From the NCBI GenBank assembly GCA_963833515.1, contig CAWHYN010000024.1:114759-178758 (forward strand): a DNA stretch of 64,000 nt. The letters run 5' to 3'. Position numbers and translations under genes: made by a program. The notes below the pieces were generated by a model. The model saw only the letters and a program-made list of their open reading frames with translations, was not told the origin of the DNA and searched no databases. The stretch is from an uncultured beta proteobacterium. GTDB taxonomy: Bacteria; Pseudomonadota; Gammaproteobacteria; Burkholderiales; Gallionellaceae. Of this stretch, positions 31,673 to 41,468 are shown piece by piece. Each line of letters begins with the position of its first letter. Within the stretch, counting starts at the first letter, position 1.

Positions 31673-33562
31673 ATGAGCTACCGGACAGAGTATGACCATT
31701 CGATGAATGATCCGATAGGGTTCTGGCGCAAACAGGCCGAGGCACTGGAATGGTTCAAGTTCCCTCGACAAATCTTGTCGCTCGATGACGACGGCCTCGG
31801 TTATTGGTTCGCCGACGGAGAAATGAACACTGCCTATATGGCGCTGGATCATCATGTAAAGGAAGGGCGCGGAGATCAACTCGCGCTAATATACGATTCT
31901 CCCGTGACGAATACCAAGTCACGCTATACCTATTCCGAACTGACCGATGTAGTGGCACGCACCGCTGGGATGCTGGCCGACCTGGGCGTGGCGAAAGGTG
32001 ACCGTGTCATCATTTACATGCCGATGATCCCAGAGGCCGTCATCGCGATGCTGGCGGTGGCACGTCTGGGTGCAATCCATTCCGTCGTCTTTGGCGGTTT
32101 TGCGCCGCCGGAGCTGGCGGTCCGCATTGATGACGCAAAGCCAAAGATCATCCTTACCGCATCCTGTGGTGTCGAGGTCAAGCGCGTGGTGGAATACAAA
32201 CCAATGGTGGATCGCGCGATTGAACTGTCCACACACAAACCCCAAAGCTGCGTCATCTGTCAGCGTCCGCAGGCGACCGCATCAATGATCGACGGCCGTG
32301 ATCACGACTGGAGGAACCTGCTAGCCAAGGCAAAGCCGGTGGGCTGCACGCCGGTCAAGGGCAGTGACCCCCTGTATATACTGTACACGTCTGGCACCAC
32401 CGGAAAACCCAAGGGCGTCTTGCGCGAAAACGGTGGTCATGCAGTGGCTCTCAAGTACAGCATGAAGGCCATCTATGACGCCGATCCGGGCGATGTGTAC
32501 TGGGCATCGTCGGATGTGGGCTGGGTGGTCGGTCACTCTTACATCGTCTATGGCCCGTTGCTTCATGGCTGTACTACCATCGTGTACGAAGGCAAACCTA
32601 TCATGACGCCGGATGCGGGAGCTCTCTGGCGCGTCTGCGCCGAGTATGGCGTGAAGACCCTCTTCACTGCACCCACCGCGTTTCGCGCCGTAAAGAAGGA
32701 AGATCCGCAAGCATCGTTGATGAAGCGGTACGACTTGAGCAAACTTCAAATCATCTTCTCCGCCGGCGAACGACTCGACCCACCGACTGAAGCGTGGCTC
32801 GCAGACAACAGCGGCAAGCCGGTAGTGGATCACTGGTGGCAGACGGAGACCGGCTGGGCAATTACCGCCAATCTGCAAGGTATCGAGCCGATGCCAATCA
32901 AGCCGGGTTCTTCCACCGTGCCGGTCCCGGGCTTCAACTTGCAGATACTGGACGAGAACGGCAAACAGGTTCCGCGCGGCACACAGGGCTTCATCGCACT
33001 CAAGCTGCCGCTGCCGCCATCGTGCCTGAACCATGTGTGGGGCGATACAAACAAATTCCGCGAAAGCTATTTGACCTTCCTCCCAGGTTATTACACCAGC
33101 GGCGATGGGGGGTATATTGACGAGGATGGTTATGTATTTGTGATGGGGCGCGTGGACGATGTAATCAACGTCGCCGGCCATCGGTTATCTACCGGCGAGA
33201 TTGAAGAAGTGATCGCCACCCATCCTGCGGTAGCGGAATGCGCGGTGATCGCACGCGATGATGACCTCAAGGGGCAAGTGCCGATGGGACTCGTGGTGCT
33301 CAAGTCCGGTGTATCCGTCGCCGAGGCAGAACTGCAAAAGCAATTGATTGCCCGCGTACGCGACACCATCGGCGCAATCACATGTTACAAGGACACGGTG
33401 ATCTTGGCCCGACTGCCCAAGACCCGTTCCGGCAAGACTCTGCGCAAGACCTTGGCCAATGTCATCAATGGCAAGGAATACATTGTGCCCTCGACGATCG
33501 ACGATCCAGGCGTGATTCCAGAAATCATCGACCTGCTGCGGAGCAAGAAGTTAATCAAGTAA
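31673..33562 (+). CDS. prpE: Propionate--CoA ligase
   Basis: YTSGTTGKPKG, HSVVFGGFA, DHWWQTETGW, LPKTRSGK; operon context. Confidence 0.88.
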   Translation: MSYRTEYDHSMNDPIGFWRKQAEALEWFKFPRQILSLDDDGLGYWFADGEMNTAYMALDHHVKEGRGDQLALIYDSPVTNTKSRYTYSELTDVVARTAGMLADLGVAKGDRVIIYMPMIPEAVIAMLAVARLGAIHSVVFGGFAPPELAVRIDDAKPKIILTASCGVEVKRVVEYKPMVDRAIELSTHKPQSCVICQRPQATASMIDGRDHDWRNLLAKAKPVGCTPVKGSDPLYILYTSGTTGKPKGVLRENGGHAVALKYSMKAIYDADPGDVYWASSDVGWVVGHSYIVYGPLLHGCTTIVYEGKPIMTPDAGALWRVCAEYGVKTLFTAPTAFRAVKKEDPQASLMKRYDLSKLQIIFSAGERLDPPTEAWLADNSGKPVVDHWWQTETGWAITANLQGIEPMPIKPGSSTVPVPGFNLQILDENGKQVPRGTQGFIALKLPLPPSCLNHVWGDTNKFRESYLTFLPGYYTSGDGGYIDEDGYVFVMGRVDDVINVAGHRLSTGEIEEVIATHPAVAECAVIARDDDLKGQVPMGLVVLKSGVSVAEAELQKQLIARVRDTIGAITCYKDTVILARLPKTRSGKTLRKTLANVINGKEYIVPSTIDDPGVIPEIIDLLRSKKLIK

Positions 33563-34285
33563 TCTAGGAATGGGATTGAGAATGACTTTGTTGGACTCAT
33601 GAAACGCGTTGACTTGTGTGCCGCCAATGCCGGCCACGATGGCGAACAATCGACTATGGCGTCGAGAGGCACATCTTGGGAGGATGAAAGACCGTGCGTT
33701 GGAAATGCTGACGTCGTGGATCGTACCGCAATCGAAGATCGCCGGTCGGCCAATTGGCATTTGGACGCTATCAAGTGATTCAAGAACGTTTCCAAAGGAG
33801 AATTGCAGCACGCGATCCTGCCTTCCACGAAGTTAGTGCCCAAAGAATTGCCAATGACAAGATTGGCATAACTTGATGAGCGCTCGGCAATGACCGCACG
33901 CCTGTAACCCCACAGAAATAGATCTTTAAATTGGTGACTGCGTGAAGCATTCGGCCTACAAACCTGTACAAAGAAGCAGAGAACCCGGTCATTTCTTGCA
34001 GGCATGCCAAACAGAACGTCCTAAGCACGCCCCAACGGGCATAACCCGCTCGGATTTGCGGTTTCATCCATGTTCTTGCGCACTATTTTGGCATGCGAGG
34101 TATCCGGGGTAACACGCGACGGCGCAGCCAAACGAATCTAATGGCGCCTAGGCATTATTCGGCTTTGATCAGCGACCGAGATGCGCCTTGGGTCTCGTGG
34201 TAAATGTGCGTTTAATGGTTGCTGAAACCTGAGGTGCTATGTAAAGTGATTCTTTATGGCCTTTCTCCACCCCATTCACCCATGA

Positions 34286-35674
34286 TTGGTTTTCGCAATG
34301 CTTGAAAAGATATGGCGCTTCTTCGGCTTGGGCACAGCCCAGAGCCATGAAACGCAAAAGGCTTTCGAGCAACTCAATGCTGTCGCACCCTTAAAATATG
34401 TGCAGAAGGTAATTCCGCTAGGGGGTGTGGAGAAGAATTTTTCCTTTGTTTGTCGCGAAGCGGTGCTCAACCGCAGCGAACGTATCGAGGGCTATGAATT
34501 CGCCTTGGAGCGGAAATTGCAAACGCGCATGCTGGAAAGAAGCACGCTGATACAACGTGTGTACGATGATTCGATGTTACGCAACCTCGCGCCGCTGGGT
34601 GTATCGTCTCTGCTGGGTCACCGGCTGGCGTTCATTCACCTTTCGCCAACTTCGCTAAACAATCCACTGTTGGACACATTTTCCCATATGAACGTGGCCA
34701 TCATGATTACGCCCGGCGATGTAACGGCAACAGATCTGTCCGGGGTGCGAACTAGCCTGCGGCGGCTTAGAGAAATGGGCATCAAGCATGGCTGGAAGCT
34801 GAACAAAACTCGGCTTGAAATTGCCGAATTTCTGCCCGATGCTGACTTCATCGAAGTCGAAGCTACCGCGTTTGATGGCATTGAATTGAAGATGATGTAC
34901 CGACACTTTCGCTCGATTCCTGGACGGCCGAAGCTTATCGCGAGCGAACTGCATACTTCTGATGACTTCGATCTTTGCTACCACTGCGGATTTGACTATT
35001 TCAAGGGGTTGTTCGTCTCTAGCCGCAAGAACTGGCAGCCGGCCAAAACCGACATCAATCGGCTGCGGGTCTTTGAGGTGCTCAACATGATCCGCGCGGG
35101 TGCCGAGTTCGACGCCATCGCCAACCGCCTCCGCACGGAACCCCTCCTGACCTTCAAGCTCTTACGCTACATCAATTCACCGGGCGTCGGATTGCTCACA
35201 GAAGTCGATGAGATCTCACATGCGCTTGCGCTTCTCGGCCGGGATCGCTTTTACCGCTGGTTGTCACTGCTACTTTTTGATTTTACTCGAGTAAGCTACC
35301 ACGAGCGCGTCCTGACGGAGCAGGTGTTAGCACGTGCACGCTTTATGGAATTGCTTGCCGGTCAAGGTCGTGTCCCCTCGGACGCAGAGCAACTATTTTT
35401 AACCGGCCTTTTTTCCTTGCTGGATGTGATGATGAGTCAGTCAATCTCGGACATCTTGAAACAGGTTTCACTGCCAGAACCGGTCACCAACGCGCTGCGG
35501 GGTGAAATGGGATCAATGCGCAATGTATTATTGCTAGCCATTGCCATCGAATCGAGCAACCCTGAAGAAATGGCGATGTACGCATCGCAATGCGGTCTCG
35601 ACGCGATGGTCATCAATGGCGCGATGATCGAGGCACTGGCATGGGTTCAGCAGATGAGCGCGGCTGACCAATAG
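34286..35674 (+). CDS. Degenerate EAL + HDOD signal-transduction protein
   Basis: CREAVLNRSERIEGYEFAL, DYFKG, LTFKLLRYINS, LFLTGLFSLLD. Confidence 0.85.
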   Translation: MVFAMLEKIWRFFGLGTAQSHETQKAFEQLNAVAPLKYVQKVIPLGGVEKNFSFVCREAVLNRSERIEGYEFALERKLQTRMLERSTLIQRVYDDSMLRNLAPLGVSSLLGHRLAFIHLSPTSLNNPLLDTFSHMNVAIMITPGDVTATDLSGVRTSLRRLREMGIKHGWKLNKTRLEIAEFLPDADFIEVEATAFDGIELKMMYRHFRSIPGRPKLIASELHTSDDFDLCYHCGFDYFKGLFVSSRKNWQPAKTDINRLRVFEVLNMIRAGAEFDAIANRLRTEPLLTFKLLRYINSPGVGLLTEVDEISHALALLGRDRFYRWLSLLLFDFTRVSYHERVLTEQVLARARFMELLAGQGRVPSDAEQLFLTGLFSLLDVMMSQSISDILKQVSLPEPVTNALRGEMGSMRNVLLLAIAIESSNPEEMAMYASQCGLDAMVINGAMIEALAWVQQMSAADQ

Positions 35675-35756
35675 TCCTCGACACGGCTTCGTTGCCGAAT
35701 GATGCCTGATTGCAAATCCTGAAATGAACCGCTTCTGTTTAGTCCCGGCAATTCAA

Positions 35757-35957
35757 TCATTTTCTGAATATCCAGAATAGAATCGACAGTACCAGAGAAA
35801 TGATGATGCCGGTAGTAATGGGGAAGTAGAAGGTGAATCCTTTACGCTCGATTGAAATGTCTCCTGGAAGATGGCCGATACCTAGTTTGGACAGCCAAGG
35901 CCAAGCCAAACCAACCAGAACGAAAATAATGCCAATAATGACGAGCCCTTTTAGCAT
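35757..35957 (-). CDS. DUF2905-like small membrane protein
   Basis: LGIGHLPGDISIERKGFTFYFPITTGIIISLVLS. Confidence 0.85.
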   Translation of the reverse strand: MLKGLVIIGIIFVLVGLAWPWLSKLGIGHLPGDISIERKGFTFYFPITTGIIISLVLSILFWIFRK

Positions 35958-36191
35958 GGTCGTTAGCCCTGAAATTTGGATCCAGCACGAGCACGGTTTA
36001 GCGCACCGACCATCGAGGCCACACCCAGTTCCTTGACGATCACAATACAAGATAAAACAGCCGGATGACACATTCCGAAGCATGCGCCCGGCCTTAAGCG
36101 CGGGATCAGAGCCACGGCTGGCCAATAAATTTGGCGATCAGGCCAACCCTATTCAGCCGCTCTCATTGCACGCGAACGCTTTTGATGGGCT

Positions 36192-37148
36192 TCACTTAAT
36201 CGGTCTCCGTTCTTCTTTGCCGCTGTCGCTCTGTTTTGCTTGGTCGTATTGCTTCCGCCGCGCGTTCAGCTCATTCATCTTTCGCTTACGGTTGCGCCGC
36301 GCTGCCATGCGACGTTGCCTAGACTGTTCCAGCCGATGTTCGTCACGCGAGTCGTGCTTCACGATCGCCAAGTTCCGCCTTTGCTCAGGCGCCTTGCTGC
36401 CGCCCTGCCGCCCGCCTTCCCTTAGTTGCGCTCCGACAATCGATCCCGGATGATTGATCCGCTCGTCGCGCATTTGCTCTAATCGGCCACGAAAAGATTC
36501 CTTTCGTTGCTGGATCCGTTCCTCGATCTTTAATTTGCGTCTCGCCCAAAAGCGCGGCTGCTGCGGCAGAAGCAGCGGTGCCACAGCCCTTCCTCTTGGA
36601 GCAAATGCAAATTTTCCCGGTGACACTTCGGCCTCGCCCTGCGGCGTTTTCAGCACGGTCGCGCCCTCGTTCACAGTATCGTAGGTTCCAGGCTCGTCAC
36701 CGTCACTTTTGTCAATCACGGTCACCTCGTGGTCAGTACCTCTGATGCCAATGGTGGCGGAAGGCGTGGTGACATGATAAGCCGACGAATTGTGCTTGCC
36801 TACCCAGCCGGTAATAGAACGCATGGCTCCCCTGAGTAGTGACATGAATATCTTGTCTGCGGAATTACCCTCCGCTTTGTATTCATCCACGCGAAACGCC
36901 GTGTCCGGACGCACGGCGATAATGCCGCCATCTTCGGTAATGAGATGCACTTCGCCGTCTGGCCCGGAGCTAATGGTCTGGCCTTCATATATCCTAAGGC
37001 CGACATAGACGGAAGTGGATTCACCCGCTTGATCCGAGACGTAGGCACTGCCGGAAAGTGCGTCGACAGTGCCAAATAATTCCGCCGGAAACGCTGCATG
37101 ACAAACCATCAGCAGTATCGCCGATGCAAGGACGTTTCTCAGTTTCAT
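36192..37148 (-). CDS. Exported FecR-domain protein
   Basis: Signal peptide; GQTISSGPDGEVHL, LLRGAMRSITG, TPSATIGIRGT. Confidence 0.8.
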   Translation of the reverse strand: MKLRNVLASAILLMVCHAAFPAELFGTVDALSGSAYVSDQAGESTSVYVGLRIYEGQTISSGPDGEVHLITEDGGIIAVRPDTAFRVDEYKAEGNSADKIFMSLLRGAMRSITGWVGKHNSSAYHVTTPSATIGIRGTDHEVTVIDKSDGDEPGTYDTVNEGATVLKTPQGEAEVSPGKFAFAPRGRAVAPLLLPQQPRFWARRKLKIEERIQQRKESFRGRLEQMRDERINHPGSIVGAQLREGGRQGGSKAPEQRRNLAIVKHDSRDEHRLEQSRQRRMAARRNRKRKMNELNARRKQYDQAKQSDSGKEERRPIK

Positions 37149-37449
37149 TCCTCCCGAGCCGTGCCTATCCGATTTAACCATTCAGCATCCCATGTAAACG
37201 GACTGGAGTAACAACCAACCCTTGAAATCTCTCGAAGTGCCTTAACGGTGATGATAGCCCAGGTCCGCTCCAACGTCACTTTTTGGTATCCCATTATTTC
37301 TTTCCGTGCTGATGATTTTCGGCGCTGATGATTGCTCCTCCCGGCCACTCGATGCCTGACGCTGCACAGGTGCCTTGAACTCGCCAGCCAACAACGATCC
37401 GACGTTCACGGAATCGGCAGAGAAACACTGCACGGAATGATAAGCGCCC

Positions 37450-38112
37450 TTACGCCAGCAGGACCGCGAGGAGGCCGGTGACAAACACCCCGTCGAAAGT
37501 GCCGGCACCCCCGATGCAAGCGACAGGGGCGGCCATCTTGCGGATATCCTTGAGACGTAACAGGTCCGCGCCAATGAGCACTCCCAATGTACCGCTGATA
37601 TAGGCCAGAGGAGCACGCTGCTGCGGATCAAGGATGGTTGCGATCAGTGCGGCAGCAATCGGTGCGATCAGCATTGGCAAAGCAATGCCGATGCCTGGAA
37701 TAGGCCAACTGATCGTGCGGGCGATGATGGCGACCAAACCCACTGCAGCAGCGATATGCAGCAGGTTCAGCGGGTTATGCGCAATAAGGTATATTGAAAA
37801 TGCAACAGGAACCACGGCGCCGCCCACGTTGGCGGCGACAGTAATCTTGCCGGTGTGAGGCAGTACCCGAAAAAGCCGCCATCGGGCGGGCTGCAGCGCC
37901 ATTTCCGGTCGCGCTTCGCTGTCGACTTTCAGGCTGAAGAGCGGAAGATTGACCCAGCTGCCGAACAGCGTGCAGAGAAGCAGGAGGTAAGCCGACTGCG
38001 ACGAAAGGCCCAGTTTGTCGAAGGCAATGCTGATCAGTCCGACTTGGACGAAACCGATCAAAAGAACCAGGGCCAGAAAAAATAGCAGCAGGCGTAATGG
38101 CGGGGATCGCAT
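37450..38112 (-). CDS. DUF1614-like membrane protein
   Basis: GSWVNLPL, ANVGGAVVP, AYISGTLGVLIGADL, CIGGAGTFDGVF. Confidence 0.85.
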   Translation of the reverse strand: MRSPPLRLLLFFLALVLLIGFVQVGLISIAFDKLGLSSQSAYLLLLCTLFGSWVNLPLFSLKVDSEARPEMALQPARWRLFRVLPHTGKITVAANVGGAVVPVAFSIYLIAHNPLNLLHIAAAVGLVAIIARTISWPIPGIGIALPMLIAPIAAALIATILDPQQRAPLAYISGTLGVLIGADLLRLKDIRKMAAPVACIGGAGTFDGVFVTGLLAVLLA

Positions 38113-38532
38113 CGGTGGATTCTGCCGGCAACGGGTCAACAGGTGAAGTGAAACGGGCCAAGGACTTTGCTATTGGCCTTGGGCGTCTTGCATGCCTCAA
38201 CGGTATCGGCTGCACGCTGCAAAATCATCCGGCAATCGTGAAACTCTAAAAACGCGGCAGCCCCCGCAGACCGTTGTACCTTGCCGGAGCGGGCTGGGTC
38301 CAGTGCGAGTGGGGCGCAGCGCTGCTGGAAGGTGAATTCCGCTTCCCTTCGAAAAACGCGGCGAGAGATGACGCAATTCCGCTCGGAGAGCTTTGTCTCG
38401 CGCTTTGCCGTCACGGCCGCACGGCGCACTCCTTCCCTCAGCGTTCGCCAGAGCAATTCGCGGCGCGGTTCTGCCTCTGGCTTGGGGGGGGTTCCCGGGA
38501 CGTAGAAGATTTGCATTGTCCCCATGGACAGA

Positions 38533-39036
38533 TCAAATATCATTAAGGACGCGCTCTCTCGCCTTTTTAGCTTCTTCTTCGGTGATCAATCCCTTGTTCA
38601 AAAGATCCTTTATCTTGTCCAGCCGTTGTTCTACGGTTTCGCGGACGGCGGGAGCATCCTTGGCGGTCTTGGAGGATGCTGGATTCATATCCGCGCAGTC
38701 GAGCCGCGCGTGTAGTCCGCTGCCGATCAAGTCAGCATTGACCGTCCTGGTGAAATCCGCACATCCTGCCTTCTTGAGGGTGACCCTGCCGTAAAGGGAT
38801 ACCTTTTCCTTGGGGTATATGTTCGGGAAGACATCGCTTTGACTGATTCGCAGCGGCGTGACACCAATCTTTTCCCCCATCGCATAAACCTCAGCCCCCG
38901 ATGGGTCCGATTCGATCTTGATCGGATTGTCGCCAGCAGGCGGAAATAAATTTCCCACGCCACCCGCTGACGAACAACCCGTTACAAGCGAGAAAGTAAA
39001 GAGTGCAATGACCCTTCCTGAAAGTTTCGAGAACAT
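38533..39036 (-). CDS. Lipoprotein with PEGA-like and C-terminal SHOCT domains
   Basis: Lipobox VTGC; IESDPSGAEVY..GVTP; LDKIKDLLNKGLITEEE. Confidence 0.8.
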   Translation of the reverse strand: MFSKLSGRVIALFTFSLVTGCSSAGGVGNLFPPAGDNPIKIESDPSGAEVYAMGEKIGVTPLRISQSDVFPNIYPKEKVSLYGRVTLKKAGCADFTRTVNADLIGSGLHARLDCADMNPASSKTAKDAPAVRETVEQRLDKIKDLLNKGLITEEEAKKARERVLNDI

Positions 39037-39196
39037 GATTCCTCCAATCTATTTGAAACTAGAAAGGGCAGTTTGATTTGTCTTTTCCAAGATATCTCGC
39101 TCCTGCTCCCCAAGCACAGTCACCACCCAAACGCAGCCCTTCAAATTGCGCTAAATTGCGCTGTATGTCGCCAACATGTCCCATCTTAACGAGAAG

Positions 39197-39622
39197 TTAC
39201 GGAAACGTGTTTCTTTTCTCGCTGACTCTTGCCATAAATCTCTCTTTGTTAATGATGAATCGCTCATGAATCCCCTTGGAGATCAAATCTAGTCCATCAT
39301 AAGCCTCTACGGCAAATACGAGTTTTCTGCCCTCGATTGCAACCAGTTCGACTGTTGCTGTAACTTGAAGTCCTGGCGGTGTGGCAGCCTGATGGCTGAC
39401 ATCAATGTGCGTTCCAACAGTTTGCTCCTTTGGCCAGTCTAGATGCGGGTTGACTGCCTTGATGCAGGCCCATTCAAGAAGGCCGACAAGGAAGCCCGTG
39501 GCGAAAACTTCCGGCATGACCGCAAATTCTGCCGCTTCCGGGTAGAGCGCCGGTACGGTTTTCGATTGGGGTACAACGAATTTGTGCTCATATCTGATGC
39601 CAATCATCAATGTTTCCTTCAT
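39197..39622 (-). CDS. Hotdog-fold thioesterase (fluoroacetyl-CoA thioesterase-like)
   Basis: VFATGFLVGLLEWAC, TVGTHIDVSHQAATPPG, GIHERFII. Confidence 0.85.
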   Translation of the reverse strand: MKETLMIGIRYEHKFVVPQSKTVPALYPEAAEFAVMPEVFATGFLVGLLEWACIKAVNPHLDWPKEQTVGTHIDVSHQAATPPGLQVTATVELVAIEGRKLVFAVEAYDGLDLISKGIHERFIINKERFMARVSEKRNTFP

Positions 39623-40503
39623 TTGACCGTCCCGATGTCAGATAAGCAATTTCGAAGTGTCATGCTCGTTTTTAATTGTAGAACGGAAAAGGTGCCAAGG
39701 GGTGCGGTTGTTGACGGATTTCGCTTGGCGCGCTGCCGCTAGTGATTTCAACCGAAGTGAATCCGGGGAATACGCCTCTTTAGTTCCGTAGGTCACCACC
39801 AGGCAACGGGGTTTCCCGCTTTGAGCGCTTTTCTTGCGCGCATGATGCGCCCAACGAGGTGCCTGGCGACTGAGTGCCCTGCGTCACTCGATCAGCACAG
39901 GCACATCAGGCCTCCCCGATGTCCATGCGAATTCGTCTTGTGCATCGCCCTTTTCGAGAACATGGCGGTTCCTCGCCATTGAGGCCCTAGCACCCGGGCT
40001 GTTACCGCCTTTCGAGAAGCCCTATACCAGAAGGCCTCAAGCATATTGCGACTTCCACTGTTGCTGCGGTTCTTTGCGTTCCGGCAGCTTTCCTGAGGGG
40101 CCTTGCACCGACAAAGATGCAAGGTGTTTGCACGATGCACTCCAATGTCAGCCGTTCAGAAATATCTTCGGCATTGGCAATCAAGCACCAAGTTTCATCA
40201 GCAAAGGGTCTGAAGAGAGGTTATGGCATGGAGATTCTCGGATGCATTGAGGAGCGTGCGAAACCGGCCTCAGCATCCATAATAATCACCCAAGTCACGC
40301 AGGCTTGGGGCATCCCGCGTAGTGCCGACATCGCGCCAGGACGCAGGCTCAAAAAGGGGGGAGTGACACCGACAACACTTGCTTTATTGCCGCCCAAGAT
40401 TCCCCATCAACAGGATTCCGGACCGAAGAAAAAAACGAGGGATAGCAAAGGGATGGAATAACCGGCGGCCAAAACAGTTGCCGTCGGAGGCAAACGGGCG
40501 GAG

Positions 40504-40551
40504 CTGTAACGACAGCCTGGCGCCTGTCGTTACAGGCGCCAGGCTGTTGTT
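40504..40551. repeat. Nested inverted repeat (20-bp stem 40508-40551; alternative 12-bp stem 40504-40535); possible terminator
   Basis: aacgacagcctggcgcctgt/acaggcgccaggctgttgtt and ctgtaacgacag/ctgtcgttacag read directly. The U-tracts are poor. Confidence 0.8.
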
Positions 40552-40596
40552 GTCCTTAGTTTGTAGCGGCGTCCTAAAGCGAGCCCGCAAAATCGT

Positions 40597-40719
40597 CTAA
40601 ACGAACATTGCCGGAACAAAATCAACGATCGCAAGTGCCAGGGCTGCAAGCCAGCCCAGTTCGCTAAGGAATTTTAGATCTTCTTTATTCAAGTCAGAAT
40701 GTATCGGTTTCAGGCTCAT
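40597..40719 (-). CDS. Candidate 40-aa small membrane protein
   Basis: AAGGAG 9 nt before ATG; MSLKPIHSDLNKEDLKFLSELGWLAALALAIVDFVPAMFV; upstream promoter and downstream hairpin. Confidence 0.6.
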   Translation of the reverse strand: MSLKPIHSDLNKEDLKFLSELGWLAALALAIVDFVPAMFV

Positions 40720-40818
40720 GGCAGTCATCTCCTTCAGAAAAAACTTTGAACCGGCAGATATCCACCTTCTGAACATTAAATTCGGTTCACTGTCGCCGGA
40801 AGCAGAACCATAAGAAAC

Positions 40819-40846
40819 AGTATACATACCATAGTATTTTTATCAA
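40819..40846 (-). promoter_or_regulatory. Sigma70-like promoter TTGATA-N16-TATACT
   Basis: Read directly on the minus strand, about 100 nt upstream of the small ORF. Confidence 0.55.
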
Positions 40847-41045
40847 GTATTTTGCATCAGTCAATATCGAAGCATTGGAGCGGGATTTGGCGGAATGCAC
40901 GCATGTCCAGGCGGAGATTGCGTTCATCGTTATGCTCTTTGTGCCGCGCTTTGCACGTTTGCCCCTGCCTTTTCTCTCTTTACGCCGGCTTATCGTCAGG
41001 CCCCTGACCGCTTTCACATTCTCTTTAGCTGGACGAAAATAATCC

Positions 41046-41074
41046 TTTACATGCGAATAATTATCATTTACATT
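41046..41074 (+). promoter_or_regulatory. Sigma70 promoter (TTTACA-N17-TACATT) overlapped by a Fur box
   Basis: TGCGAATAATTATCATTTACA (41052-41072) lies between the -35 and -10 elements, upstream of iron-uptake genes. Confidence 0.8.
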
Positions 41075-41110
41075 TCGCTCTACTAACTTGAGGTCATCAG
41101 AGGAAAAATT

Positions 41111-41467
41111 ATGCGGGCTCCATTTTTCGTATCAATGATATTCGCTAGCGCACTTGCAATGAACGGTGTCGCATTGGCAGGAACCGAATCGCCGGCCTTG
41201 TTGGTCATACATAACAAACAGTTTGACCCGAACAAACTTGTAGTTTCAGCGGGAGCCAAGGTGAAGCTGATCATCCGCAACCTGGATGAATTACCGGTCG
41301 AATTTGAAAGCTCCGACCTTTCCCGTGAGGTCATCGTGGCTGGACACGGCGAAGTGACAATCTATATCGGGCCGATGGAGCCGGGGAACTACCAGTTTTT
41401 TAATGATTTTGATCACGAAATGCAGGGCACGATCGAAGCGCGGTCCGCCGCAAACAAGGAGAACTAG
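41111..41467 (+). CDS. Periplasmic cupredoxin-domain protein (EfeO-N/FtrB-like)
   Basis: Signal peptide; PVEFES, LSREVIV, PGNYQFFNDFDH. Confidence 0.85.
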   Translation: MRAPFFVSMIFASALAMNGVALAGTESPALLVIHNKQFDPNKLVVSAGAKVKLIIRNLDELPVEFESSDLSREVIVAGHGEVTIYIGPMEPGNYQFFNDFDHEMQGTIEARSAANKEN

Positions 41468-41468
41468 T

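Noticed and set aside
33385-34005. ORF with GNSLG, resembling an alpha/beta-hydrolase nucleophile motif
   Set aside because: It overlaps prpE antisense and has no other hydrolase features.
38136-38543. 135-aa ORF between DUF1614 and the lipoprotein gene
   Set aside because: No motif, no RBS and atypical composition; left unannotated.
39640-40400. Possible decayed gene in a 0.8-kb gap (faint AAA-ATPase or transposase-like fragments)
   Set aside because: Multiple stops in all frames; the similarity is too weak to call without a search.
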